Numbered from the stretch's first letter, positions 1 through 8,796 are shown. The stretch is DNA of 64,000 nt from Thermoanaerobaculia bacterium (GCA_963816185.1 CAWFJJ010000024.1:384001-448000), one strand, 5' to 3'. Program-made: numbers and translations. The notes: generated by a model not told the origin, from the letters alone.

Positions 1-247
1 CTCTGGCGAGAGACGGGGAGGCGGGCCCCGGCGCGGCGGGTGACAGCTCGGGAACGGCGTCGATCGCCGGCGACTCCAGAAAACCCACGGAGGCCGTCTC
101 CAGCGAGGACAGAAGCGACTCGACTTCCTTCCTGAGTTCCGGATCACCCCGACAGGCTTCGTCGAGGAACGCGCTTCTCGACGCCGCCTCGAGCTCCGTA
201 GCCTCGGCGAGGACTTCCTGGACTTTTTGCCAGCGATCCGGAGTCAT
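1..247 (-). CDS. Ser/Thr protein kinase, N-terminal part (runs off window start)
   Basis: Manual translation MTPDRWQKVQEVLAEATELEAASRSAFLDEACRGDPELRKEVESLL is the typical N-terminal helix of kinases paired with ECF sigma factors. ATGA overlap with the sigma stop. The kinase domain itself lies outside the window. Confidence 0.75.
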   Translation of the reverse strand, partial: MTPDRWQKVQEVLAEATELEAASRSAFLDEACRGDPELRKEVESLLSSLETASVGFLESPAIDAVPELSPAAPGPASPSLAR

Positions 248-822
248 CGGGAACGATCGGCGAGCTCGCGGTGGAGATAGGCCTTGGCCGAAAGCCACTT
301 GCGATGAACGGTGGACGGTGAGATTTCGAGCGCGTCTGCGGTCTCACCCTCGGTCAGGCCTGCGAAGAAACGCAGCTCGACGACCCGGCCCTGTTCCGGG
401 TCGAGCGCCGCCAGCTTCTCCAGCGCATCGTCCATGGCGATCAGGTCGACCGCGCGCGGCTCCACCATGACGGCCGTGTCCAGCAAGGTCCGGGCCCCCC
501 GGCCGCCGCGCTTTTTCGCGTCCCTCGAGCGGGCATGGTCGACCAGGATGCGCCTCATCGACCGGGCGGCCGCCGCGAAGAAGTGAGCCCGGTTCTGCCA
601 GTCCCCTCCCTCGCTGCCGACGAGCCTCAGGTACGCCTCGTTGACGATCGCGGTCGGCTGGAGCGTATGGCCGGGCCGCTCTCGCCTGAGATGGCGCTCG
701 GCCATCCGATGCAGGTCGCCGTAGACGAGGGGAATCAGGCTCTCCAGCGCTTCTCGGTCCCCCTGCTTCCAGGCCAGGAGAAGGCGGGTCACTTCTCCGG
801 CTGGGGAAGGTGTTGTCGCCAT
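244..822 (-). CDS. ECF sigma-70 factor, TIGR02999 / kinase-associated type
   Basis: EVTRLLLAW..GDREAL, LVYGDLHRMA, HTLQPTAIVNEAYLRL, WQNRAHFFAAAARSMRRILVDHAR, VVELRFFAGL..ETADALEIS. Confidence 0.93.
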   Translation of the reverse strand: MATTPSPAGEVTRLLLAWKQGDREALESLIPLVYGDLHRMAERHLRRERPGHTLQPTAIVNEAYLRLVGSEGGDWQNRAHFFAAAARSMRRILVDHARSRDAKKRGGRGARTLLDTAVMVEPRAVDLIAMDDALEKLAALDPEQGRVVELRFFAGLTEGETADALEISPSTVHRKWLSAKAYLHRELADRSR

Positions 823-847
823 GCCGGCCCGATTCTCCTCCCGGCTG

Positions 848-945
848 CAGGCTGACGGCTTTTCTTGCCCGTTTCCGCCTTTATGAACCGGGCGAGAGGA
901 GGAGACAGAGTATGCGTCGCAACATCGTTCGATTCGCAGCCCTCC
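848..945 (+). repeat. Leader repeat copy 1: putative promoter, RBS and signal-peptide start
   Basis: GCTGACGGCTTTTCTTGCCCGTTTCCGCCTTTATGAACCGGGCGAGAGGAGGAGACAGAGTATGCGTCGCAACATCGTTCGATTCG. Near-identical copies at ~2456-2535 (partial) and ~6097-6214. Confidence 0.85.
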
Positions 946-2447
946 TGGTCGGCGCCCTGAGTGTCCTCGGCGCTCTTCCCGCACGGGGCTCGGACAAGCC
1001 GCTCCAGTACCACGGAGGGCCATTCCTTGAGTCGTTCGAGATCTGTCCGCTGTACTACGGCAACTGGAGTGAGGCGGAGATTCTCGCGCAGCAGACCTAC
1101 GTCACCGCTCTCGCGGCCTACATGTCCGGCGACAGCGCGCCGGCATCCCAGCAGCCGATGATGAAGCAGTACGGCGTGAGCGAGGTGAAGGTGGCACCGC
1201 CTGAGACCGCGGGCTCCGACGCGACGCCCGGCGGCCTGACGCGCAAGGACCTCGTCGACATCATCCGGACCAACCAGTCCGCCAACAACCTCAAGGGCTT
1301 CGATCCCAACAGGCTGATCGTCGTGTTCCCCGCGCACGGCTTCTGGACCCTTCTCCCGGATTCCACGGGAAAGGAGGTGCCGGCGGCGGCGTACCACTCG
1401 TCGGAGTCGACCTCGGCGTTCTGGGCGGTCGTCCCGAAGGACCTGAGCACGGATTTCGCCGTGATCGCCCACGAAGTGTTCGAGGCCGCGGCCGACCCTG
1501 CGGACGACACGTCCAACGGATGGGACGAGCCGATCGATCCTTGCGAGGACAACCTCATCAAGTTCTCCTTCGGGAAGATCCCGAGCGCGGCCGACGACAC
1601 GGACGGCGGCGCCTGCTCGACGTCCGGCTACACGAGCCAGGACGAGATCCGGCTTCACGACGTGACGTTCGCCGACTACAAGAAGAAATACGGCGAGATC
1701 TCCCCGGACGGCTGGCGTGTGTACATCCTCCAGCCATACGTTCTGGCGGACGGCGACGTCCGTTACAACGCGGTGTGGCGGCGGGCGGGCGACACGGGCG
1801 AGAAGAGACGCCACGGTCTCACCCGCGCGCAGCTCCAGAGCGACGACGACACGCTCTCCAAGAGCGGCTGGCGTCTGTACATCCTGCAGCCGACCGTCGG
1901 GTTCGGGGGTAACGTCCGTTACGACGCCGTCTGGAGGCACTGGAATCTCGACGACGAGAAGCGGCTCTTCGGAGTGACCTACGAGCGCTTCCGGAGCGAG
2001 TACGACGCGATCTTCTCGGCGCCGTCTTCCGAGAAAAAGCCGGGTTGGCGGCTGTCCATCCTCCAGACGTACGTTCTCCCCGGGGGCGACGTGCGGTACG
2101 ACGCCGTCTGGCGTCCGGGGACCGTCGCCGAGACCCAGGTTTACGGGTGGACGTACGCGGACTTCAGAGCCAAGTACGACACGCTGTTCCCGGACGGCTG
2201 GCGCCTCTACATTCTCGATTCGTACGTGATCGCGGACGGAACGGTGCGTTACAACGCGGTCTGGCGGTGGGGGACGCACGCCGAGACCCAGGTCTACGGA
2301 TGGACGTTCTCCGATTTCAAGACCAAGGACGAGGCGCTCATCGCGGACGGCTGGCGCCTCTACATCCTCAATGCGTATGTCCTGCCGGGTGGAGAGGTGC
2401 GGTACGACGCCGTCTGGCGGAAAGGCACGATCAACCGGCCTTTGTAG
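912..2447 (+). CDS. Secreted protein: Phi-1/EXORDIUM-like N-terminal domain plus five BTRD1-type (polyglycine-hydrolase-like) tandem repeats
   Basis: Signal peptide. LQYHGGP and AHEVFEAAADP..GWDE motifs. Five ~50-aa repeats GWRLYIL..YV...G.VRY(D/N)AVWR. GGAGGAG RBS. Confidence 0.75.
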   Translation: MRRNIVRFAALLVGALSVLGALPARGSDKPLQYHGGPFLESFEICPLYYGNWSEAEILAQQTYVTALAAYMSGDSAPASQQPMMKQYGVSEVKVAPPETAGSDATPGGLTRKDLVDIIRTNQSANNLKGFDPNRLIVVFPAHGFWTLLPDSTGKEVPAAAYHSSESTSAFWAVVPKDLSTDFAVIAHEVFEAAADPADDTSNGWDEPIDPCEDNLIKFSFGKIPSAADDTDGGACSTSGYTSQDEIRLHDVTFADYKKKYGEISPDGWRVYILQPYVLADGDVRYNAVWRRAGDTGEKRRHGLTRAQLQSDDDTLSKSGWRLYILQPTVGFGGNVRYDAVWRHWNLDDEKRLFGVTYERFRSEYDAIFSAPSSEKKPGWRLSILQTYVLPGGDVRYDAVWRPGTVAETQVYGWTYADFRAKYDTLFPDGWRLYILDSYVIADGTVRYNAVWRWGTHAETQVYGWTFSDFKTKDEALIADGWRLYILNAYVLPGGEVRYDAVWRKGTINRPL

Positions 2448-2455
2448 CCGGTTAA

Positions 2456-2535
2456 GGACCGGACGAGAGGAGGGACAGAGTATGCGTCGCAACATCCTTC
2501 GATTCGGTGGGTGGACGGCGCTCGGGATCCTGGCC
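2456..2535 (+). repeat. Leader repeat copy 2 (RBS and signal-peptide start)
   Basis: GGACCGGACGAGAGGAGGGACAGAGTATGCGTCGCAACATCCTTCGATTCGGTGGGTGGACGGCGCTCGGGATCCTGGCC. Confidence 0.85.
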
Positions 2536-4746
2536 TTCGGAGGTGTGTCTTGGCCCTCAACCGCCAGGGCGGAGGACAAGTGGATTCAGATCGGCAACGG
2601 GATCTTCAGCGCGGGCGACGAGAAACCTAACGGCCCGCATCACGCGTCCGGAAGACTCGCCCAGGTCTCGTGGGCGTGGGACAACGAGCAGGGCAAGAAC
2701 GTGCTCTGGGCCGGCGCATCGCACGGCGGGCTGTGGAAAACGATCATCGATGGCTCGGGCACCCTCACGAGCTGGGTCACGATCACCGACAATTTTCCCG
2801 GCTCACACCTGCTCGGCTCGTTTGCGATAAGAAAGGGCGATTCGAACTACATCGTCATCGGCACCGGGGCCCCGGGCTGGGGTAATGGAAACGGCATCTA
2901 TTACACAGTCAAGGCCGGCCAAGACGGCTGGCCTCTCGCGACTCTCTGTTCATCGACCTGGTCATGCGGGCCCGCCAAGCCGCAGCGTGTGAGCCGCCTC
3001 GTGGCGGACCGAGCGGACTCCACCGGCGCGACGCTGGTTGCCGCAACGTCAGACGGAATATGGCAGTCATACGACTTCGGCCAGACCTGGTTTTCACGGC
3101 TCGCCGGTGTGGACGCGACGGACGTAGTGCAGGATACGGGCGATCCAAGCCGCTGGTATGCCGGCGTCGTAAATGAAGGCATTTACTGCTCACCCCCCAC
3201 GAGCTACGCGACCTCGTGGGCGGCCTGTGGCAAAGGGATCAACGGGTCGATCAAGCGGATATCGCTCGCCGCATGCGATTTCGATGAACAATACCTGTAC
3301 GCGCTCGTCGTCGACACCAATGGCAAGCTGAATGGGGTCTATCGCTCGGCCAACCGCGGGGTTAAGTGGGTGAAGATCTATTCCGCTAATAAGATCCTCA
3401 ATGCCGATCACCAGGGTGGGCACGCATCCGCCATCGTCTGCGATCCCAAGGATCCGGCGCACGTGTTCTTCGGCATCACCAAGGCTGTGGAAATAACAAA
3501 TGCGACGGCCGTAAAGGAACCAAAGGACATAAACGGGACAGCGCCGTTCGATGGGGGCCATAGCGACTTCAACTTCATGCTCTTTCACGAAGACGGCAAG
3601 CACCTGCACATCGCGAACGACGGCGGCTACTACTTCTACGACATCGCCAGCGGCACACCCAATGCCGTCGGCAACCTTCTGGGAATCAATGCCCTGGAGC
3701 TGGGAGAAGCCAAGACAACCGCTTCGTATTCCACACTTCAGGGGGGCCTGGCATCGTCATGGTCGAGCCCGGATGTGTTCGTTGCAGGTCTTCAGGACAA
3801 CGGCGTGGTGCGCGGGGATATTTCGAAGGATCCCGCGATCACTCGCGTATCCGGAGGCGATGGCAGGCATGTCAGCATCAGCCCGGACGACGCCGAAGTC
3901 ATGGGCTTCGCCGGCAACGGCTCCAACATTCGTTACCTTTTTGACAAGGGAACATTTGAACCGATAGATTTCAAACTCAGCCCTGAGAAATCGGCTCCGG
4001 TCCTGATCGAGCCGGCGCCCGGACTTACGTTTCCGGTCGTCTACACAGCGGATCAAGACCACAGCCTACCTGCCCTCGCCTTCTATACCAACAACGTCTG
4101 GTACAGCGACGTACTTCAGGGGGTTAAGGCCTGGTTCCTCGTCAGTAACGATCCGATTACGGGTCCCGGCGTCATCAGCCACGTTGACGCGACGGTCAAC
4201 CTCAAGAGCTATCAAATCGTGGCGACAGTGGCCGGCGATACCCGGGTGTTCGCCTACATCGGAGATCTTCGCATCTTAGGGCTCGGACAACTTCCGCTGT
4301 CCGACATCACCCCGCCTTTGCCGTCGAGTCCGACGTATACCAAGCCGGATGCCCGCATCAATGTGGACCGGTCGACGTTTCAACCGAATACGCTCTATTA
4401 CACCAGCGGCATGGGAACGCCCCGGCTGGCCTACGTCAGCCGAAAAGGCGGAAAAGATTTCGGAAAGGATTGGAAAGACGTGACGGGCGATATCGTCTCT
4501 AAATCTGACAATGCCGATCTCCTGAAGCTCGTCGGGAATCCCGGCAACGAGAAACAGTACTTTCTGGCGACGAGCAAGGGTGTATTTCGCAGCGATGATG
4601 GCGGAGCGCACTGGAACGACTATTCGGACGGCCTGCGCTTTCACGAGCAGGTCGACGACATCGTGATCAATTTCGACACCGTGACGAAGCCGACGCTCTA
4701 CATCGCAACGCGCGGCCGCGGCTTCTGGCGGCGGACGATAGAGTGA
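2482..4746 (+). CDS. Secreted BNR/Asp-box beta-propeller protein (sortilin/GH74-like)
   Basis: Signal peptide. Asp-boxes SYDFGQTW, SANRGVKW, SDDGGAHW. C-terminal LYIATRGRGFWR. Lower GC than flanks. Confidence 0.8.
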   Translation: MRRNILRFGGWTALGILAFGGVSWPSTARAEDKWIQIGNGIFSAGDEKPNGPHHASGRLAQVSWAWDNEQGKNVLWAGASHGGLWKTIIDGSGTLTSWVTITDNFPGSHLLGSFAIRKGDSNYIVIGTGAPGWGNGNGIYYTVKAGQDGWPLATLCSSTWSCGPAKPQRVSRLVADRADSTGATLVAATSDGIWQSYDFGQTWFSRLAGVDATDVVQDTGDPSRWYAGVVNEGIYCSPPTSYATSWAACGKGINGSIKRISLAACDFDEQYLYALVVDTNGKLNGVYRSANRGVKWVKIYSANKILNADHQGGHASAIVCDPKDPAHVFFGITKAVEITNATAVKEPKDINGTAPFDGGHSDFNFMLFHEDGKHLHIANDGGYYFYDIASGTPNAVGNLLGINALELGEAKTTASYSTLQGGLASSWSSPDVFVAGLQDNGVVRGDISKDPAITRVSGGDGRHVSISPDDAEVMGFAGNGSNIRYLFDKGTFEPIDFKLSPEKSAPVLIEPAPGLTFPVVYTADQDHSLPALAFYTNNVWYSDVLQGVKAWFLVSNDPITGPGVISHVDATVNLKSYQIVATVAGDTRVFAYIGDLRILGLGQLPLSDITPPLPSSPTYTKPDARINVDRSTFQPNTLYYTSGMGTPRLAYVSRKGGKDFGKDWKDVTGDIVSKSDNADLLKLVGNPGNEKQYFLATSKGVFRSDDGGAHWNDYSDGLRFHEQVDDIVINFDTVTKPTLYIATRGRGFWRRTIE

Positions 4747-4760
4747 AAAGGAGAATCGCC

Positions 4761-6017
4761 ATGACCCTGAAGTTGTTCGGAACGGATCGGCAATTCGTTC
4801 GCGTCGTCCTCGCATGCGTCGCTCTCGTACTGGCCCCGGCTGCGCGCTCCGATGGGCCGGCCGTGATCAACTGCCCCTGGTACCCGCCGAACGGTGGCGA
4901 CGAGTTCGCGTTGCGCGGCTTCTACAGCGTCGGTTATGCCGGGACTTCGCTGAAGCAGGTGGTGCTGCCCCTCTCGTTCCCGGGACCCGGCACGTACCAG
5001 GTCTCCCTAACCGCCTCTAGCGGCACCTTCGACGGGACGGTGCTCGGAACGGCGACGACCACGTTCACCGCAGCGAGCACGGATTTCCAAAGCGTCATAT
5101 TCGACTTCGGGACGGTCCCGGTCACTCAGGGCACTGCCGTCGCGTTCCAGGGCGCAGTCGTCTCGCGGCCGGCTGGCGTCGCCGGAGCCGTCCGAATGCA
5201 GACTGCCACTGACCCGCTGTGCCGGCTCACCGAGACGACGGGGTTCGACGCGCCCCTCAGCTCCTTCAAGCGCGAGGGCATCGCCGCCTTGATCTACGGC
5301 GACGTGGCGACCACGTTCGGGCACAACGTCACGGTCGCGGCCGCGGCGTCGATCCACGGCGCAAACGGCACGTTCTTCCATACGGACGTCTGGATCAACA
5401 ACCCGCTCAATGAGGCGCTCAGCGTCACGGCGAACTACCACTGCTACGCAGGGCAGAACTGTGGCAGCGGGTCGGCGACCTTCAACATCGACGCCGGCAA
5501 GGCGATGACGCTCCCCGACATCGTTTCGAATCTCTTTGGGGCTCCGGAGACCGCCGGCGCGATCTCGTTCGTGTACTCATCCGACTCCTACGTCAGCACG
5601 CTCCGCGTCGTGACGCGGACGTACACGCCGTCGTTGCCGAATCCGACATCGGGCGCGGTTCTCGAGGGCCGACCCGCCATCGACGCCGTGGGTGCCGTGA
5701 CGTTCGTCGGCCTCGGCAACAACGGAGGAAATAGAAGCGCCGGGTTCCGAACGAATGCCGGACTCTACAATCCGTCCACGTTCCCGACGACTGTCACGTT
5801 CACTCTGACCGCGAAGGACGGCACGCCGATCGGCCAGCCGGTGACGCAGACCTGGGGACCGAAGGAGGCGCGGCAGATCAATGACATCTTCGCCGCGGCC
5901 GGAGCGGGAGGTACGGTGACGACCGACGCCGTCCTCCACGTCACCTCGACGCTTCCCGCTTTCCCCTACGTCACCGTGATCGACAACCAGACGGGCGATT
6001 CGATCATCGAGCAATGA
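4761..6017 (+). CDS. Secreted beta-rich protein with lineage-typical C-terminal domain
   Basis: AAGGAG RBS and signal peptide. Domain with AASIHGANGTFFHTDVWI.N, GFRTNAGLYN, YVTVIDNQTGD. Confidence 0.7.
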   Translation: MTLKLFGTDRQFVRVVLACVALVLAPAARSDGPAVINCPWYPPNGGDEFALRGFYSVGYAGTSLKQVVLPLSFPGPGTYQVSLTASSGTFDGTVLGTATTTFTAASTDFQSVIFDFGTVPVTQGTAVAFQGAVVSRPAGVAGAVRMQTATDPLCRLTETTGFDAPLSSFKREGIAALIYGDVATTFGHNVTVAAAASIHGANGTFFHTDVWINNPLNEALSVTANYHCYAGQNCGSGSATFNIDAGKAMTLPDIVSNLFGAPETAGAISFVYSSDSYVSTLRVVTRTYTPSLPNPTSGAVLEGRPAIDAVGAVTFVGLGNNGGNRSAGFRTNAGLYNPSTFPTTVTFTLTAKDGTPIGQPVTQTWGPKEARQINDIFAAAGAGGTVTTDAVLHVTSTLPAFPYVTVIDNQTGDSIIEQ

Positions 6018-6057
6018 CGTGGGCCGGCCTGGTTCGGTGGAAGCCCGCAGCGAACCC
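5857..6057 (+). repeat. 3'-tail repeat copy 1 (end of the 4761-6017 gene plus downstream DNA)
   Basis: Aligns codon by codon with 7049-7253. Confidence 0.85.
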
Positions 6058-6096
6058 GTCCTGACACGGTTCGTCGTCGCCTCCGCCCGCGCCGGA

Positions 6097-6214
6097 AGGC
6101 TGACAGCTTTTCTTTCCCGTTTCCGCCTTTATGAACCGGGGCGAAGGGAGGAGACAAAGTATGCGTCGCAGGAGGGTTCGATTCGGCGGATGGTTGGCGC
6201 TCGGGATCCTGGCC
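6097..6214 (+). repeat. Leader repeat copy 3: putative promoter, RBS and truncated signal peptide
   Basis: GCTGACAGCTTTTCTTTCCCGTTTCCGCCTTTATGAACCGGGGCGAAGGGAGGAGACAAAGTATGCGTCGC...TTCGATTCGGCGGATGGTTGGCGCTCGGGATCCTGGCC. Confidence 0.85.
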
Positions 6215-6238
6215 CGGGCAAGGAGCGAGGAATCATGA
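6161..6238 (+). pseudogene. 25-aa remnant or leader peptide homologous to the N-terminus of the 2482 gene
   Basis: MRRRRVRFGGWLALGILARARSEES* compared with MRRNILRFGGWTALGILA. Its TGA overlaps the ATG at 6235 (ATGA). Confidence 0.6.
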
Positions 6239-7056
6239 AGACGCCCGCGCGCGCGACCTTCCTCGCCCTTCTCGCTCTTCTCGCCTCCGCCGCGTCGGCG
6301 CAGCCCGTCATCTCCGTCAACGGCACACCGCCGTTCGACGCCGGCCCGGTGGCGCTCGGAACGTTCGGGAACGGGATCAACGTGACCGTGAACAACATCG
6401 GCACCTCCGACCTCGTGATCACGAACGTGCAGATAAGCGGCGCCCCGTTCACGTTCAGGACGACCTCGGGCTCGTGCGACCGCGGGCTCCCCGGGTCCCT
6501 GACGGTGGCCGCCAACTCCTCCTGCCAGATGAGCGTCACGTTCACACCGACTGTGGTCGGGGTGGCCAACGGCACGTACACGCTCACGGACAACGCGTCC
6601 GGGAGCCCGCAGACCTTCGCCCTGACCGGCACCGGCATGATCCCGTCGGCGTACGTCCCCTCGACGACGCTCCTCGTGTTCGGGGCCCAGCCGCTCGGCA
6701 CGACGAGCGCGCCCCAGACGGTCACGCTCTCGAACCCGGGGACGTTCTTCTCGATTGGCACGGGGGGCGGCCAGATCACGGGCGACTTCGCGGCGACGAA
6801 CGACTGCGGCGGTACCCTCGCGCCTCTCTCGTCCTGCCACTTCTTCGTGACGTTCACGCCCACAGCGCCCGGCCCTCGGACGGGCACGCTGAACTTCTGC
6901 GCCGACTGCAACTTCGCCACGACGGACGTGAGCCTTCAGGGAGGCGGGGGAGGCGGGGGAATCGCCGACGTGCCGGCCTTGTCCAAGTGGGCGCTCGCGG
7001 CTCTCGCCGCGCTCCTGACGGCGGGCGGCCTCTTCGCGCTCGCGCGGCGGACCTAA
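6235..7056 (+). CDS. Surface protein with two choice-of-anchor-D/ASH Ig-like domains and IPTL-CTERM sorting tail
   Basis: Signal peptide. Two C..L....SC...VTFTPT..G...GT repeats. Gly linker, then VPALSKWALAALAALL...ARRT. Confidence 0.82.
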   Translation: MKTPARATFLALLALLASAASAQPVISVNGTPPFDAGPVALGTFGNGINVTVNNIGTSDLVITNVQISGAPFTFRTTSGSCDRGLPGSLTVAANSSCQMSVTFTPTVVGVANGTYTLTDNASGSPQTFALTGTGMIPSAYVPSTTLLVFGAQPLGTTSAPQTVTLSNPGTFFSIGTGGGQITGDFAATNDCGGTLAPLSSCHFFVTFTPTAPGPRTGTLNFCADCNFATTDVSLQGGGGGGGIADVPALSKWALAALAALLTAGGLFALARRT

Positions 7057-7253
7057 GGAGCCGCGACAGATCAACGACATCTTCGCCACAGCCGGGGCGG
7101 GAAGCACGGTGACAAACGACGCCGTCCTTCCACGTCACGTCGACGCTCCCCGCGTTCCCCTACGTCACCGTGATCGACGACCAGACGGGCGACTCGATCA
7201 TCGAGCAGTGACGTCCGTCCGGCTCTTTCTCAGCACAAGCCCGCAGCGAACCG
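7049..7253 (+). pseudogene. Degenerate 3' fragment of a paralog of the 4761-6017 gene (tail repeat copy 2)
   Basis: Encodes GPKEPRQINDIFATAGAGSTVTNDAVL/HVTSTLPAFPYVTVIDDQTGDSIIEQ* with a 1-bp insertion. Most differences are synonymous. Confidence 0.8.
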
Positions 7254-7393
7254 ACTGGCACAACGAAAGGACGAGCCACACATGGTCACGGCAGCGTTTC
7301 CACGATCCAACAACCGACACCGTATGTGTCGCAAAGTCGTTCGCTCCAGCGGATGGATGGCGCCAGGAATATTGGCCTTCAGCGGAGTGCCGG

Positions 7394-7864
7394 ATGTCCG
7401 TTAAAAATCAGGTCTATGAAAGCGTCTGGTCCGACCGATGGTGCCTGGCGGGGACGCTCACTACTTCAGCACAGGTCATGCCGGCGAGCCGTTCTTTGAC
7501 TCTCATCCGCAGCTTCGACTCTCTATCGCCGGCGATCAGGTCGGCCATGAGCGCCAAGTCCGTCATCCCCATGGTAGAGATCAATACCCCGACCCACACG
7601 GTCACGCTTTTGAATGCGCAGGTCGTGAACATCGCACCTGCTGCGATAGAGGGGAACATCGTGTCTGCGGTTCCAAAGGGGTGGATTGACATCGATTCCT
7701 GGTCATTCGGGGCCAGCCGAAGCGGCTCAGTAGGCAATGCGAACGGGGGAAGCGGGGCGGGCAAGGTGAGCTTTGGCGACCTCGACGTCGGCAAGAACCG
7801 AAGCGTCGAGATCAGCTTCTCGTTCGAGAAGTTTCTTGCGGGTATCCAGCATCGCCCGCATTAA
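7394..7864 (+). CDS. Hcp (T6SS tube)-like protein with rearranged motif order, possibly degenerate; start uncertain
   Basis: IEG...KGWIDIDSWSFGASRSGS..GGSGAGKVSFGDLDVGK matches the Hcp N-terminal signature. Lower GC. Confidence 0.5.
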   Translation: MSVKNQVYESVWSDRWCLAGTLTTSAQVMPASRSLTLIRSFDSLSPAIRSAMSAKSVIPMVEINTPTHTVTLLNAQVVNIAPAAIEGNIVSAVPKGWIDIDSWSFGASRSGSVGNANGGSGAGKVSFGDLDVGKNRSVEISFSFEKFLAGIQHRPH

Positions 7865-7865
7865 T

Positions 7866-8756
7866 TCAGGAACGGTTCGCGCTGACGATCGAGAGGGGGC
7901 CGTTGGCCGTCGAGATCCTCACGGTCGCGTTCTCGGTCCCGATCTCGAAAAGCCGCGTGCGGTTCCCGTCCTGCCGTCGCGCGCCGTCGCAGGCCGCGCC
8001 CCGACAGGAGAAGGGGGCGTGCGAGGAGGTCTCGACCCTTACACCGGACGAGAAGCCGTCCGGAACCCTGAGGGTGAGCGGGCCGTTCTTCGCGCTGGCC
8101 TCGAGCCCCTTGCCCTCCCAGCGCGTGCCGAGGAGGGCGATCGTGAGAGGGCCGTTGACGGCGTGAATCCTGATGTCGCCCGAGGAGTTCTTCAGCGAGA
8201 CGGGGCCGTTCGCGGCGTCGACGTCGACCGAGCCGGTCAGGTTCGAGAGCGAGACGGGCCCGTTCTCCGCCTTCACGGAAAGCGTTCCCCCGAGTCCTGT
8301 CAGGGAGACGGGGCCGTTGGAGCCTTCGACGGAGAAATCGGCGTCCTTCGGGGCCGTCACGATCAGGAATCCGGTCCAGCGCTCGCCGTCCGGCCCTTCG
8401 ATCGCGACCCGGCCGCCCGACGAGCGGAGGACGACTCTTGCGAACACTGCGCGAGCGGAGGCGTCGTCGTCGCCGGCGGCGGCCGTGCAGGCAGTGACTT
8501 TGAACTCGCCTACGTCGGCGCCGCGGACGATGATGCCACCGTTCCTGGAGCCCTCGAGGACGAGGTCTTTCGCGTCCGGCCGGGAAAGCGTGATCGTCTC
8601 CTCGCCCCGGGCCGTGATCCGGTCCCCGAAGTTCATGTGCACGGCGGAACAGCCCGACCGGTCGCCCCCTTCGACCGTGACGGCGCGCTCGGCGGTGGCG
8701 GGAAAGGAGAACGCGAGAGAAAGACAAAGGGCGGAAAGGGTTGCGGCACGACACAT
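7866..8756 (-). CDS. DUF4097 family beta-strand repeat protein (putative adhesin)
   Basis: Signal peptide. Repeated ..NGP(V/L)SL..L.G.(V/L).V units. GGGAGG RBS. Confidence 0.8.
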   Translation of the reverse strand: MCRAATLSALCLSLAFSFPATAERAVTVEGGDRSGCSAVHMNFGDRITARGEETITLSRPDAKDLVLEGSRNGGIIVRGADVGEFKVTACTAAAGDDDASARAVFARVVLRSSGGRVAIEGPDGERWTGFLIVTAPKDADFSVEGSNGPVSLTGLGGTLSVKAENGPVSLSNLTGSVDVDAANGPVSLKNSSGDIRIHAVNGPLTIALLGTRWEGKGLEASAKNGPLTLRVPDGFSSGVRVETSSHAPFSCRGAACDGARRQDGNRTRLFEIGTENATVRISTANGPLSIVSANRS

Positions 8757-8796
8757 GGAGATCCTCCCTTGAACAGGAGACGACGAAGCGCGTCCG

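Noticed and set aside
1640-2420. CRISPR-like periodic repeats (also 22480-23490)
   Set aside because: These are in-frame protein repeats (BTRD1, Kelch) with synonymous variation. No constant repeat/unique spacer pattern and no cas genes.
5857-7253. Diversity-generating retroelement TR/VR pair
   Set aside because: Differences between the two tail copies are mostly synonymous third-position changes plus an indel, not adenine-specific. No reverse transcriptase is in the window.
7394-7864. Type VI secretion gene cluster
   Set aside because: No tssB/C, vgrG, PAAR, clpV or membrane-complex genes accompany the Hcp-like ORF.
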